Assembly: GCF_009914755.1 (NCBI RefSeq)
Contig: NC_060925.1
Length of the DNA: 64,000 nucleotides
Reading direction: 5' to 3' (one strand)
From: the human T2T-CHM13v2.0 reference genome, Homo sapiens
The translations under genes and the position numbers were made by a program. The notes beneath the pieces were generated by a model. The model saw nothing but the letters and a program-made list of their open reading frames with translations. It was not told the DNA's origin and searched no databases. How positions within the stretch are numbered: the first letter of the stretch is position 1; each line of letters opens with the position of its first letter. Of the stretch, positions 1 through 24,240 are shown one piece after another.

Positions 1-276
<276 letters not shown>

Positions 277-763
277 TAGCGTGGTCAAGATAGGGATGGG
301 CCGAGGCTGGCACTGATGCTAGACTTCCGTGCACAGGGCAAGTATGGACAAGCCCCAAGTGGCTTTGTGAGGCCCACACAGTGAAGCTTGGGAAATGGGA
401 AGTGGGGCTGCGCCCAGATTCTGGTATCTATGACAACTAAGGCCGCTGCACATCCTCATGGCTCTCCCAGAGACCTCAGGTGAGGCCCTTCTGTGTTCCT
501 CAAGCACCCATGCCACCTGCGGGGTGGGGCAGGACCCTCCTACCCAGCCCTGGGCCTCCTGGGGAACCATGGGTGCACAGGGGTAACCTGAGCCAGCCTC
601 TCTGGGGCATGGGCGGGCGTGGTGGCGTGGGCCTGGCGCCAGAGAGTGGAGCAGAATGTCAGCTCTGTGAGCCGCACCGGGTGCCAGCACTCTGCAAACA
701 GACTCTAGTCACCAGATAGACTGGAGTCACGAACCTAACAAAGCGCTCAGCTGGGCAACTGTA

Positions 764-780
764 ACTGCAGAGGGCGGGGC
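764..780 (+). promoter_or_regulatory. Candidate CTCF core overlapping a GC box
   Basis: ACTGCAGAGGGCGG matches 12/14 of CCASYAGRKGGCRS; GGGCGGGGC is an Sp/KLF box; motif evidence only. Confidence 0.3.
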
Positions 781-1036
781 CGCACAGTGCTGCCTAGTGC
801 CTCCTGCCTTGATCTGGTCAGGGTCATGGGAGGAGACAGGTTCCCCAGGAGGGCCCATTAACAAGATTAATTGGGGTGGCCTGGGGGACTCTGGGATGCT
901 CACTGGAAACATATCCTGGGGGAATGAGGTAGGTGGGGAGCCAGGAAAACTGCCCCGTCTGGTTTCCTTCCCTACAGCCCTTTATCTGGAGAGACAAGCT
1001 CTACTATACTACAAGGGGTTAATTTAAGAAGGGGTT

Positions 1037-1475
<439 letters not shown>

Positions 1476-1674
1476 AAAAAGAAAACCCGGGCCTATTTTT
1501 TTTAAAGACCCACTGCAGAAGTGACCCTTCTCATTGGTGGCTGGTGAAATTGTTCTTGCCAAGGTTTGGTATGACCAGGTAAAAAGCTTTCAATGCTCAA
1601 AGTGAGGAAGCACAGAAGTCATGTACCCTGCATTGTAGCTGACCAGAAGGTAAATCAAGAACCACTGAGCATGG

Positions 1675-1963
1675 TTGGGTGCTGTGGCTCATGTCTGAAA
1701 CCCTTGCACTTTGGGAGGCTGAGGCAGGAGGATCGCTTGAGCCCAGGAATTCGAGACCAGCCTAGCAACATAGCGAAACCCTGTCTGTACAAAAAAAACT
1801 AAAAAATTAGCTGGGTGTGGTGGTACATGCCTGTGATCCCAGCTACTCAGGAGGCTGAGGTGGGATGATCACTTGAGCCTGGGAAGTTGAGGTTGCAGTG
1901 AGTCATGCTCACACCACTGCACTCCAGGCTGGGCCACCCTGTCTCAAAAAACAAATAAAAAAC
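1675..1963 (+). mobile_element. AluJ with target-site duplication
   Basis: AluJ-type sequence; gaaccactgagcat on both flanks. Confidence 0.92.
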
Positions 1964-2459
1964 AGGAACCACTGAGCATAGGTCACTGGAAGGGAGATTT
2001 TGTCTTAATAGAAGAATTCCAACAAGGGGATGGGCAATTTTCTGAGAAGGGGACATGGGTGTTTGTTCATGCAAAGCCTGGATGTCAAAGGAACAAACAA
2101 AGTCTGGGGAACCAACCAATCTCATTGCCAGCTACCAATGTGGACCATGCCTGCTGCAGTTACACCCACAGTGCTGTAATTCTCAGTCCCTCTGGTCATC
2201 TCTGTTCTCCTACAAGCCCAAGCCTACTGTGATGGGGTTTCCTCTCCCTTGATCTACCCTCCTACTGTCTCCCCACCCTCCACCAAACACTCTTCACTTT
2301 CTGGCCTCAGTTAAATTTAGCCCAGCCCTGAGGGTGCTGCTTCCCTTGGAGCCTGTGTAGCCTGTGAAATCCAGTCATGCCCTCAGGGGCCAGAGGTGAG
2401 GCAGACTGTCTTCCCTGTCATCTCAGTAACTGTGACTTCCATCTACTAGGTTGCTGTAA

Positions 2460-2807
<348 letters not shown>

Positions 2808-2872
2808 TAGTGTACTTCTATCTTCGAACATCGTTCTGGGCATTTACTGCGCCCTTTCAACCTGAAAACTGA

Positions 2873-3240
<368 letters not shown>

Positions 3241-3381
3241 ACTCTTTGCTCTTTCAAGAACCCCTATTTATCAGAAGTTGGGCTCTTCACAGCAAATTGT
3301 CTAATTCTCTTTTCTTTCCTGTTTGCATCTTGTTGTCTTTCAACTCTAATTTCTGGAAGATTTCCTCAACTTTGTTTGTAA

Positions 3382-3652
<271 letters not shown>

Positions 3653-3699
3653 GGCGGACCATGTCCTATACATGTTATTTTTTTACAGCATTCTACTCT

Positions 3700-4700
<1,001 letters not shown>

Positions 4701-4947
4701 TGTAAATTGGGTTGCTTCTGGCTTTGCCCCTGCTGTCTTAAGATGTAGTGTGTCAGAGGGACACAGGAAGCAACTGAAAGAGCTCCCATTGGTCAAAGCC
4801 TAAACAATCTGAACAACAAAACCAAGTAGTGTTGGATGACAACGCAGAATATGACACAGACATCCACAAGTCCACACTGATGTAAGTAAATGACTGCCCT
4901 ATTGGATGATGCCCACACCCAGCCCTGCTTCTCCAACCCCATTTCTA

Positions 4948-5622
<675 letters not shown>

Positions 5623-5781
5623 GACATAACCAAACAAAACAAAAATCAAGGAAAGTATGAGAAACTGTCACAGCCAAGAGAAGCCCGAGGAGACATGATG
5701 ACTAAATGTAATGTGGTATCCTGGATGGGGTACTGAAACAAAAAAATACACATTAAGGAAAAACTCAGAAAATGTGAATAG

Positions 5782-5910
5782 TTGGGCATGGTGGCACACA
5801 CCTGTAGTCCCCGCTACTGGAGAGGCTGAAGCAGGAGGATCCCTTGAGTCCAAGAATTCAAATCCAACCTGGGTAACATAGCAAGACCGTCTCGACAAAT
5901 AAATAAATTT
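5782..5910 (+). mobile_element. Alu monomer (FLAM-like)
   Basis: Single ~130 bp arm with A-rich tail. Confidence 0.8.
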
Positions 5911-6070
5911 GAATAAAATATGGACTTTAGTTAATAGTAATGTATCAATATTGGCTCACTAATTGCGACACATGTACTATACTAATGTGGGATGTTAATA
6001 ATAGGAGACACTGGTTATGGGGTATATGGGAACTGTTGGTATTCCTTTTTCAATTTTTCTGTAAATCTAA

Positions 6071-6381
<311 letters not shown>

Positions 6382-6401
6382 GTAATTCTAAGATTATTAC
6401 A

Positions 6402-6530
6402 GGCTGAATACAGTGGTCACACCTGTGGTCCCAGCACTTTGGGAGGCCAAGGCAGGAGGATTGCTTGAGTGTAGGAGTTCCTGATCAGCCTGGGCAATAC
6501 AGCAAGACCCTGTCTCTAATAAATGAATAA
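6402..6530 (+). mobile_element. FLAM-like Alu monomer
   Basis: Left-arm-only sequence with A-rich end. Confidence 0.8.
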
Positions 6531-6569
6531 AATCATCAAAGATGTTTATTATTAAAAAAAGAAAGATAA

Positions 6570-7888
<1,319 letters not shown>

Positions 7889-8347
7889 TAAGGGTAAGCC
7901 CTGGGGAAGACACTGGGCAGAGTGGCTTGAGCCTTGCTTCCTTCTCACCCTGATCCCTGACTCTGGGTTTGTTTGTTAGACTTCCCTGTAAACTGGCATC
8001 TGGAGAAAGAATTCTAAGGCTCAACAAGTGTGAAAACTCCTGAAGTGGATCTTTTAAAATTCCAGGCTAAAGTTATTGAGGCTGCCAATAAACACATGAA
8101 AAGATACTAATGTCATTAGCCACTAAGGAAAAGCAAATCAAAACCACAATGAAATACCACTTTACACCTGTTAGGATGACTATAATCAAAAAGACAGACA
8201 ATAACAAGTATTGTCAAGGATGTGGAGAAATTGGAACTCTATATATTGCTAGGAGGAATGTAAAATGGTGCAGTCACTTTGGAAGTCTGGCAGTTCCTTA
8301 AAATGTCAAACATAGTGTTACTACGTGACCCAGCACTTCTAGTCTTA

Positions 8348-8710
<363 letters not shown>

Positions 8711-8835
8711 TCAGAGCAGCATTATTCACAATAGGCAAAAAATGAAAACCCAAAATCCTTCAACTGACAAATAGATAAAGAACATGCATATACCTCTAAA
8801 ATAGGAGATAATTCAGCTATAAAAATCAAGGAAGT

Positions 8836-9219
<384 letters not shown>

Positions 9220-9431
9220 TTACACGGTTCCATTTATATAAGATGTCCAGAATAGGCAAATCTATAGAGACACAAAGTACATTACTGGCTGCCTAAACCT
9301 GGGAGGAGAGGAGAATGGGGAGTGACTGCCAATGGGTACAGGTTTTCCTTTTGGAGTGATAAAAATGTGCATGGGTTTCATTGTGGGGTGATGAAAATGT
9401 TCCAAAATTAATTGTGGTGATGGTTGTATAA

Positions 9432-9786
<355 letters not shown>

Positions 9787-9884
9787 TAAATTTTATGTGA
9801 GTGATATCTCAGTAAAGCTATTTTTAAAAATAATTATCAAAGCCACGTTACATGGAGAGTAACTCTGGGGCTTCAATTCCTTAT

Positions 9885-10204
<320 letters not shown>

Positions 10205-10292
10205 TAAAGCAGACCCATAAGAGACGATATTAGAATAACGTTGTCCCTCTTCCCCTCTGAGTGAATGGCCTTCTGTCTGGTATTGTTATTAG

Positions 10293-10609
<317 letters not shown>

Positions 10610-10798
10610 AGAATCCTCAAGTTTTATAAGGTGATGTCAACCTGATCTCTAGGTGAATAGTCTGTTAAGTCATACAGTGCCGTATGAGAGCACTGCTTGT
10701 CTCTTACGTGGCTGCATCTGCAGCACCTAGAATAGTGCTTAGCAGATAATAATAGGAAGTAATGTTTGTTGACTGAATGAATGTTAAATTGCTTTTTT

Positions 10799-11200
10799 TG
10801 TAGACTCAAAGATGTGCTGCGTAGATCCTCCCTCAAGGAAGGACTCGCTGCCCAGGTGTGGGGAGTGAGGCCACCAGATAGCTCCCAGCTGTCAGCTCTG
10901 TCATAGTCTGCCTCAGTTTGAGAGAGCCTGAGGTCATGCCTCCCCAGGGCAGCCTGGATCTAGTGACTAAGATAAGGCTAGAAACACCTGGCCATCACAG
11001 CCCATGGTGGGACGACTCTGATAGGCAGTACTTACTGCAGAGATCTCCACTGATTGGTCCAGTCTTCACAGGCCTGCATGGCAGCTCAGCTTCTCCCTCA
11101 GCCCAGTCCTGCCTCCTGTCTTACTTTTAGAAGTGTTGATCCCTAACAAATGTCTTCTATTCCAGCTCTGTCTCAGTGTCTGCTTCCAGAGAACCCATTC
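10799..11200 (+). mobile_element. LTR16-family ERVL LTR
   Basis: Starts TGT; 3' part ccctaacaaa...tctcagtgtctgcttccagagaaccca resembles the LTR16 end. Confidence 0.7.
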
Positions 11201-11554
11201 AGGAATGGCCCAAGAAAGCAGGTAATAAGATGGGTTTTGGGAGCTGGATGCCTCACTGCCTAGCTGGCAATGAGGACCTCATCCCTGGTGGGAAGTGGGG
11301 TACGGAGGGCTATTGGCACAAGGTGGCAGCATTAAAACTTTCACTGGCGGTAAATCCAGAAGGCATACCAGAGAGAGAGAATGCACTGGAGGGTGTGCGG
11401 TCCCAGGAGTCTGACCGGTGTGGAGGAACTGGTATCAATTAGGAGAGGGCTCCTGAATGGCAATTGCTTAACCTCCTACTTCTGTAGAAAGATGAAAAAC
11501 AGCTGAGGGGACTAACAAGCAACTGAAAATCAGGTGTGAAAGTCAGAGGGTCTT

Positions 11555-12140
<586 letters not shown>

Positions 12141-12336
12141 CTACTCTGAATCTGCAGATGTGATCCACTCCTCCATATTGTGAGCTAGCACTGCCTCCCC
12201 ACCAGCCCTTGCTCAAAGGCAATGCAGAAGCCTCACTCCAGCAAGACAATGAGTGCCCCTTCAGGACCACCTCCTTTTCGGGCTACACTAAACCTTTAAG
12301 TCTTGGAGTAAGCCAGCTGGGGAGGTGCTGGGCCTA

Positions 12337-12594
<258 letters not shown>

Positions 12595-12822
12595 TTAAAA
12601 TAATGTTTTATATATTTTTATATATATATATATATGATAGGAAAATTTATTGACTTTATTGAGCTCTACCGAGATACTGGATTTAGTGAGGATCTCAGGA
12701 GAGTGTATGAACTTGCCATAATGATGGCTTCTAGAAGCTGGAAAAAGCGTCCACAGTGAATGAAATTGCAGTACCAGAATTACTGTAGCAGGTGGTGAAG
12801 GAAATGATTAAAAAGTGCAGGG

Positions 12823-13159
<337 letters not shown>

Positions 13160-13589
13160 CTACCAGAAGACCCATCAGATGTTTAGGTTCCATGGGAAGC
13201 CTGCAAGGATGCACCATTTACACCAAGACCATCAGGAATGCAGTGTTGAGAGGGACACCAGCAGCACTCAGAAGTTCAGTGGCAGCTTTCCTCTGTAGGC
13301 TGAGGCTCCCAGTAGGAGAGGCCTGTTGTTGATATCAGTGGAAATAAGAGGACTCTGAAACAATGGAGACCAGGTGGCTGCCCTGGCGACAAAAAGCCAG
13401 ATTGTAGCAGACATTGTAAACACTGGCAAGGTCAGAATGGCAACCAAGGGAGCGTGACCTGCAGATGGCTAATAGAACCTGATGTCTGTGGGGGCAAAAT
13501 GCATGCACAGCAGACAGGCTTGTATTGTAGAAGACATCAACGATGACTAGAAGGCCAAGGGTGGTTGCCCCATTAAAAAGTTACAATCT

Positions 13590-13895
<306 letters not shown>

Positions 13896-14369
13896 GAAAG
13901 AAAACAGTCTCCACCTCATACTGCCCAGTTAACAGATGCTCAGCCAAGAGGTTTTTTAAAATTTAGGACATATCAGTTTATCAATTCCTCTGGTATAGGT
14001 CATCTACCCTGGAGCACCCTGGACCCTGTGAGAGGTCACCTCAGTCCCTTCTCAGTGTGCTTTGGTTCCAGATAGGGACCCCAGAGATGCCCAGGCAGGC
14101 CCTGAATATGCCAGTCTGGAGCTCAGCAGACACCTGGGCTGAAATTCTAGGTTGGTGATCACAGCTGGTTGCTCAGGGTGTGTGGATGGGTAATACCCAG
14201 GGAGTGAGCTTAGACAGTGAGGAGGGGCCTTATGCCATGACAGACACACCTGAGGTAGAAGCCTGCTCAGCTGGGGCTGAGAGACTGACTCCTGGGAATC
14301 CGAGTGGGATGGCTTACTCAGGAAGAGCCAACAGCTTTGACCAAGGCCAGCATGGTCTGGTAATCCTGC

Positions 14370-14700
14370 ACATAGACTCTGGGTTCCATCTCTACTATTA
14401 TTACCATCTGGGTGACCGAAGACGTATTACTTGGTGTTTACAACTAATTGATCACAAGCAGTTACAGATTTCTTTGTTCCTTCACTCCCACTGTTTCACT
14501 TGAATGGCCTTAAAAAAACAAAACAAAACAAAACAAAGAAAACAACCTATTACTTAATGTTGTATGCCTTGGTTTATTCACCTACAAAATGGTGGATATC
14601 CACCTGTAAAACAGGTACTTCTATTGTTTGTAAAAATCAAATGAGGCAAAGCACTTAGAATCATACACTATACATTGTAAGAGCCAATGAGTGTCTGCTG
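14370..14700 (+). mobile_element. MIR relic hosting the Y3 pseudogene
   Basis: ctgggttccatctctacta...gggtgacc and ttacttaat...ccttggttt...aaatgaggcaaagcacttagaa. Confidence 0.6.
14432..14545 (+). pseudogene. Y3 RNA (RNY3-derived) processed pseudogene, 5'-truncated, with A-rich tail
   Basis: tggtgtttacaactaattgatcacaagcagttacagatttctttgttcctt...cactcccactgtttcacttgaatggcctt matches hY3 from about nt 18; (AAAAC)n tail; TSD acgtattactt/acctattactt. Confidence 0.93.
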
Positions 14701-14741
14701 TTGTTGCTACCACTAAGGTGAGGTACTTATAAGCAGAACCC

Positions 14742-14872
14742 AAGGTGACCTTACCTCCCTGTTCACCGGGCAGTCCTGGCTTAGGCCTATTGTTCCAGTG
14801 TAAATGTGGACAGTGGCCTCCTTTCACTTTCAAAAGTATCCTGGTTTGGATAATAAATTATATGGCCAACCT
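14742..14872 (-). mobile_element. MER94 (hAT-Blackjack MITE)
   Basis: ~131 bp with AGGGTGACC-like termini; cctttcactttcaaaagtatcctggtttggataataaattatatgg. Confidence 0.75.
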
Positions 14873-14902
14873 AACATGATCTAACTTAAAATTAAAATTC
14901 TA

Positions 14903-15767
<865 letters not shown>

Positions 15768-16452
15768 TCACGTCTAAGGCCTCTCAATCCCTAACTGGAG
15801 AGCAACCCCAGGAAATTCACAGCATGTTTGTGGGGAGAGCCAGTTAGCTGAGGAAGGAGAACCCTTGAGCGGTGTGGGGAGAAGTGGCCACCCAGCCTTG
15901 GCCAGAAGAGCTGCAGCAGAACCCAGATGCTGGGCGGGCCGGTGCCGGACCTTGACGGTTGGCTCTGCCACGCCAATACACACAGGCACTCCCAGGCAGC
16001 CTCAAGGTCCCTCCTGATTCTGTCGCTACCCTGGCCAGCCTTCCTTTTCTTATTACTCATTCTATTCTACACATTTTTTAAAATGTTATCTTCACTTTGG
16101 ACCTTCTTATTCTTTGGCCACACCTAGGGCATCTTATCTCTCTAAGAGCAAGGTCTCTGAGGCACTAAACGGCTGGCTTTAGGATTCTGGGAGTGAGAAA
16201 ACTGTGGGTGAGGCCAGAATAACAAAGTTGGCATTTATTTGACATTTGCCAAACTCTTGCCATGAATTATCTGATTGCATTCTTCCACTTCCCTAATGGA
16301 ATATGGACACCAAATGGAAACCTGAGGCTCAAGGGGTGTGCTAGGTCATCATCAAATGGTGCAGCCAGGATTTGGACCTGGACTTGTCTGAGGTACCTGG
16401 ATTAACTGCTGGGCTACAGAGCAGTGTGGTGAGGGAGATACAGGAGGTGCCT

Positions 16453-16760
16453 GGCCAGGCGCAGTGGCTCATGCCTGTTATCCCAGCACTTTGGGGGGAC
16501 CAAAGTAGGTGGATCACCTGAGGTCAGGAGTTCGAGACCAGCCTGGCCAACACGGTGAAACCCCGTCTCTACTAAAAATACAAAAATTATCTGGGCATGG
16601 TGGCAGGCGCCTGTAATCCCAGCTGCTACTCAGGAGGCTGAGACAGGAGAATCACTTGAACCCGAGAGGTGGGGGCTGCAGTGAGCCGAGCTCACACCAC
16701 TGCACTCCAGCCTGGGCGACAGAGCGAGACTCTGTCTCAAAAAAAAAAAAAAAAAAAAAA
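16453..16760 (+). mobile_element. AluSx-like
   Basis: Alu consensus with poly-A. Confidence 0.95.
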
Positions 16761-16824
16761 GAGGGCCATAGATGTACTAAGGTTTCTCAGAAGTGATTAG
16801 AGAAGGTTCAGATGGGTTTTACGC

Positions 16825-17330
16825 AGTCATTCAACAAGCATTTATTGAGTACCTACTGTGTGCCAGGCAGTGAGGACACAAAGATGAAAGAGTCCCAGCC
16901 CTCAAAGAGCTCGCCGTCTGAGTGGACATGTCAAGTAAACAGGCTATTGCCGAGCAACGTAAGTGCGATATTAGAGGTGTGTACTCCGCATGGAGGTAGA
17001 GGGAGTGATTACCTCTGCTGTGTGTAAAACACATATTGATTGAGAGCTTTACCATGGGCCAGGTGCTGTGCTGAGCGTTGAACAAGACACAGGACGGAGT
17101 GGGGAATGCTTTGCAGCAGTGACAGCCTGCACAGTGGCATGGAGGCATGGGTCACTGTGGTTACCTGGGCAAAGGGGGCTAGGCCTCATGCTGGACACTG
17201 GGGTGCAAACAAGGGCACAGCATTGGAGAATGAGGCTGGGCCCCATCTTGGAAGGCTTTGGAGGCCTGAGGAAGGGGCTTGGGTGTTACCTATACATGGA
17301 GGCCTTCCCAGCCTTTTGGAGGATGAAGAC
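16825..17330 (-). mobile_element. L2 relic
   Basis: cattcaacaagcatttattgagtacctactgtgtgccaggca is the reverse L2 3' end. Confidence 0.75.
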
Positions 17331-17360
17331 TTTTTCAAAAACAGTTAAAAACTTCTGATG

Positions 17361-18545
<1,185 letters not shown>

Positions 18546-19790
18546 GAACCAGTGTCTTTATATTGAGAAAATACATGCGTACTGAGGACTCTCTCAAATG
18601 GTCAGTTTCTCTCCTGCACTGCTAACAGCTCCTCCTGCAAGTCTGTCCCTTCTGTCTGTGGCTCCTCCCCACTCATTATAGCCAGAGGGTCTTTCAAACA
18701 TGCAAATCTGGTGCTGTCCACCCCCTACTTAAAGCTCCACCACAGCTTCCCTTTGTCCACAGGGTCAAGTCCAAGCTCCCCTCTCTGCCCTGTGCTCTGG
18801 CCTTTGTTTACTGATAAACTGCTCTGCACAGGTGTTGACATGCTGTTGCTAATGTCACTTCTGTATGTGCTTTTTTTCCTTATTGGCACCCCCTGCTTCA
18901 AGGGGGAATGAAGTCAGGAAGTGAGGGGTCTGGCCAGCTTCTAAAGATGCCTTAGGAAGCCTTCCCATGGCTCAGACTTACACACATCTCTATAGCTAAC
19001 AGAGGGAGGGCACCGGTGGGAGGCAGCAGGCACAAGTCCTTCAGGGCATGTCATGCTGTGCCCGTTGTCCTGCCCTGGCTCCTGCCCCTACCCCAGGGTG
19101 TAGGGAGGGCCCTGGCTGTCCCTTGTCTATGGGGCCTGGGCCAGTGCACCACCTGGTATGAAGTGAGGCCAGGTGGATGTCAGCCTGTGGCCTCCTGGAC
19201 TTTGCTGGAGCTCTGCGTCCTGCCGGGATGGTGAGGAGGCAGAACCCTGAGGGCCTGATCTGTCCTGCAGAGTGACTCAGTCTCCCTCTCACACATCTGG
19301 CTTCAAAGTTCTGAAGGTGACTTGGTCCTGGGTGGCTGAGGAGTGATTTCTTAGGTCAGAGTAGACCAAGGCACATAGGAGGGCCTACTTCTCTCCGGTA
19401 AACTTCTCTTCTGGCACTAAAGGGTGCTGCGGACTGGGATATTCTCAGAGGAGGCCTGACATCCGGGTCATGTTCTGGGGTCCCAGGGGTCCCATTTAAG
19501 GCTTTAACCTGTGGCTCAGGTGATAAGAGGAGACTCAGGACCAGTCCCTTAACAGGTTGGTGGAACTGTGAGTAGAAATTTTTTTTTGCTCCGCCCCTAC
19601 CCAAAGTGGCTTCATTGAGATTCAGCCTATCTCCCACCCTTCCTGTGCTGTGATGAGGGACTCTGGGGCCTGGGAGTGAATAGGCCCTGCTGAGTGCAGG
19701 GAAGACACACTCTGGCCTTCCTCACGCCAGGCTGGAGACCTGGCACTGGGCTCTGCTCCTAGCAGCCTGGAAAGCTGTTATTCTAGAACC

Positions 19791-19872
19791 TGATAACTGC
19801 TTGGGCTGGGCTGAAGATAAGAGGCAGCTGTTTGAAGTCCAGAGAGATAACAGCTTCAGAGAAATTTGATAA
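19791..19872. promoter_or_regulatory. Candidate GATA/E-box enhancer core
   Basis: WGATAA at 19791, 19815, 19845, 19867; CAGCTG at 19825. Confidence 0.55.
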
Positions 19873-20149
19873 GAGGAGTGAGATGCACTGGGTTAAGCTC
19901 ACCAGTCTCGCCTGTTTGCCTTTTGCCAGTTTATAATCATAACCAGCACTGTACTCTCAAGTCAGACTTCCCAGCACCGCGAGGAACCTCAGTGTCACTG
20001 TCTCTTAATGGTAGTCTGTGCATCTCTCCTGAGGTCCGCGCCTGGGCCTGCAGGCCTCTGTGCTTGTTCTATGAAATGACCCTCAGCCCCCAGCCCTGCC
20101 TTTCCAACCTCATTTCTTTCCTGCCCATTGGTTCTTTTTCTCAAATGTA

Positions 20150-20670
20150 TTCACTCCTGCATCCATTCATTTAACAAATATTTTATGAGTGCCCACTTTG
20201 TGCCAGGCACCATTCTGGGCACCGGAGATGCACCGAGGATGCCACCAGGCATGGTCTCTACTCTCACTGGGCTGTGTTCTGGGTAGCCGGAGACAAAAGA
20301 TAAATCAATAATTGTAGTGGGTGCTGAGTGCAATGGAGGAAAGTCTAAGAGGGCTGTGGTGGGGAGGGACTATGGGGACAGCACAGGGTGGCTTTAGAGT
20401 GGTCAGGATGACCTTCCTACAAAGACCCTGGGGGATAAGAATGAGCCATGCCAAAACCTTCCTGGAGAGGAGAGAGCCAGCGCAAAGGTCCTGGGGCAGG
20501 AGTGAGCATGATCTGGGGGTTAAATAGAAGCTGGAGAGAAGAGGATGGTGGGCAGAGGCCTGATGAGGACAGTCAGACAGGCCTAGATAAGAAGTCTGGA
20601 GATGATGATATGCAGAAAACCAACCCACAGGAAGCTGAGTCAGAAGGAATCTGGTCTATGTTTTGAAAAA
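20150..20670 (-). mobile_element. L2 relic
   Basis: cattcatttaacaaatattttatgagtgcccactttgtgccaggcaccattct. Confidence 0.75.
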
Positions 20671-20679
20671 TTTACTTTG

Positions 20680-21092
<413 letters not shown>

Positions 21093-21510
21093 TTAGACCT
21101 TGGGCCAGACACTTAGCCTCTGTGCTTCTGTTTTCATAGCTATAAAACAGGGTTTCTCTTCACCTGTCTTCTGGTGCTGCCCTGGGTGCTGCCCCGGGTG
21201 AAGAATGCTGTGGTGAAGGAGACAGACCCTGCCCTTATGGGACTTCCACTCAAATGGAGGAGTCAGACCTCAAACCAGAGAATCCACAGGGAATGCCAAG
21301 TGCTATGTGAGAAATTAAAATAGGATGATTGCTAGAGGGTGACAGGGTGTGATTAGAGAAGCCCACTCCAAGGAAGTGACATTTAGCCTGAGACCCGAAT
21401 GATGCTGGAAGGGCCCTTGAGGAAAGGAGCTGGAGGGATGGCCTGCTTTACTGGTCTGGAAAGGTCAGACAGGCTGTGGCCTGTGGGAAGTGCTCTGCAA
21501 ATGTTTGGAG

Positions 21511-21806
21511 TTTTTTTGTTTTTGTTTTTTTGAGACAGAATTTCAATCTTGTTGCCCAGGCTGGAGTGCAGTGGCACGATCTCGGCCCTCCACCTCCTGG
21601 GTTCAAGCGATTCTCCTGCCTCAGCCTCCTGAGTAGCTGGGATTACAGGCACCCGCCACTACACCTGGCTAAGTTTTTGTATTTTTAGTACACATGGGGT
21701 TTCACCATGTTGGCCTGGCTGGTCTCGAACTCCAGACCTCAGGTGATCCATCTGCCTCGGCCTCCCAAAGTGCTGGGATTACAGGTGTGAGCCACCGCGC
21801 CCGGCC
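21511..21806 (-). mobile_element. AluS
   Basis: Reverse Alu consensus. Confidence 0.94.
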
Positions 21807-22137
21807 TGCTGCTGTTTATTTGAAGGGCCCCCATGCCCTGACCTGAAGCTGCCCACATCTGGACCTGCCTCATTCAGGGAATTCTGAAGTCTTCTGGATA
21901 GATCCTTAGCAAAGTCCTTCCATCGCCCCTCCCCCAACGCCCTGCCCCACCCTGCCAGTCACATACAGGCTTGTTCTGAAGCCTGTGAGGAAACTGTCCC
22001 TCTCAGCCCCACCTCCATGCCCAACCAGGCCGCCCCAGCACAGCCTGCCTGACTCCTGGAAACAGATGGAATCTTAGATCCAGTTTAATCCTTCCCATTT
22101 TCCATATGGGGAAACTAGGGCCATGTGTTTTATCTAA

Positions 22138-23408
<1,271 letters not shown>

Positions 23409-23517
23409 TCCTATATTCTTTCAACAATAGTCATTGAAATATTTATTGAATTCCTACTGTGTGCTGTTTTAGGCACTGAGGATACAGCAGAGAACAAAAC
23501 ACAAAAATCTTGTCCTC

Positions 23518-24240
23518 CCAGCCTGGGAAACATGGTAAAGTCTTGTCTCTACAAAAAATACAAAAGTTAGCTAGGCGTGGTGGTGCCTGCCTGCAGTCCC
23601 AGCTACTCAGGAGGCTGAGGCAGGGGGATAACTTGAGCCTGGGAGGTTGAGGCTGCAATGAGCAAAGACCGTGTCACTGCACTCCAGCCTGGGTGACAGA
23701 GTGAAAACCTGTCTCCAAAAAAAAAAAAAAAAAATTCTGTCCTCATGAGGCTAATATTCTACTTGGAGCAACTGACAATCAAAATACAATTAACAACAAT
23801 TATTGTGGTTATTGTTACGGGCGTGGTGGCTCACACCTGTAATCCTAGCACTTTGGGAGGTGGAGGTAGGTAGATACCTTGAGCCCAGAAGTTTGAGAAC
23901 AGCCTGGGCAACATAGGGAGACCCTGTCTCTACTTAAAAAAAAAAAAAAAGTCCGGGCACAGTGTCTCATGCCTGTAATCCCAGCACTTTGGGAGGCCGA
24001 GGTGGGTGGATCACGAGGTCAAAGACCGAGACCATCCTGGCCAACATGGTGAAACCCTGTCTCTACTAAAAATACAAAAATTACCTGGGCATGGTGGCGC
24101 ACACCTGTAGTCCCACCTACTCGGGAGGCTGAGGCAGGAGAATCACTTTAACCCGGGAGGCGGAGTTTGCAGTGAGCCGAGATCACGCCACTGTACTCCA
24201 GCCTGGCAACGAAGCGACACTCCATCTCAAAAAAAAAAAC
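23518..24240 (+). mobile_element. AluJ fragment, FLAM and AluSc cluster within L2 relic
   Basis: Alu pieces ~23518-23735, ~23820-23950, ~23952-24240. Confidence 0.88.

Noticed and set aside
560-800. CpG island or gene promoter
   Set aside because: CpG enrichment is modest and short; no downstream exon seen.
8110-8301. ORF with real protein similarity
   Set aside because: Decayed L1 ORF2 C-terminal fragment, not a host gene.
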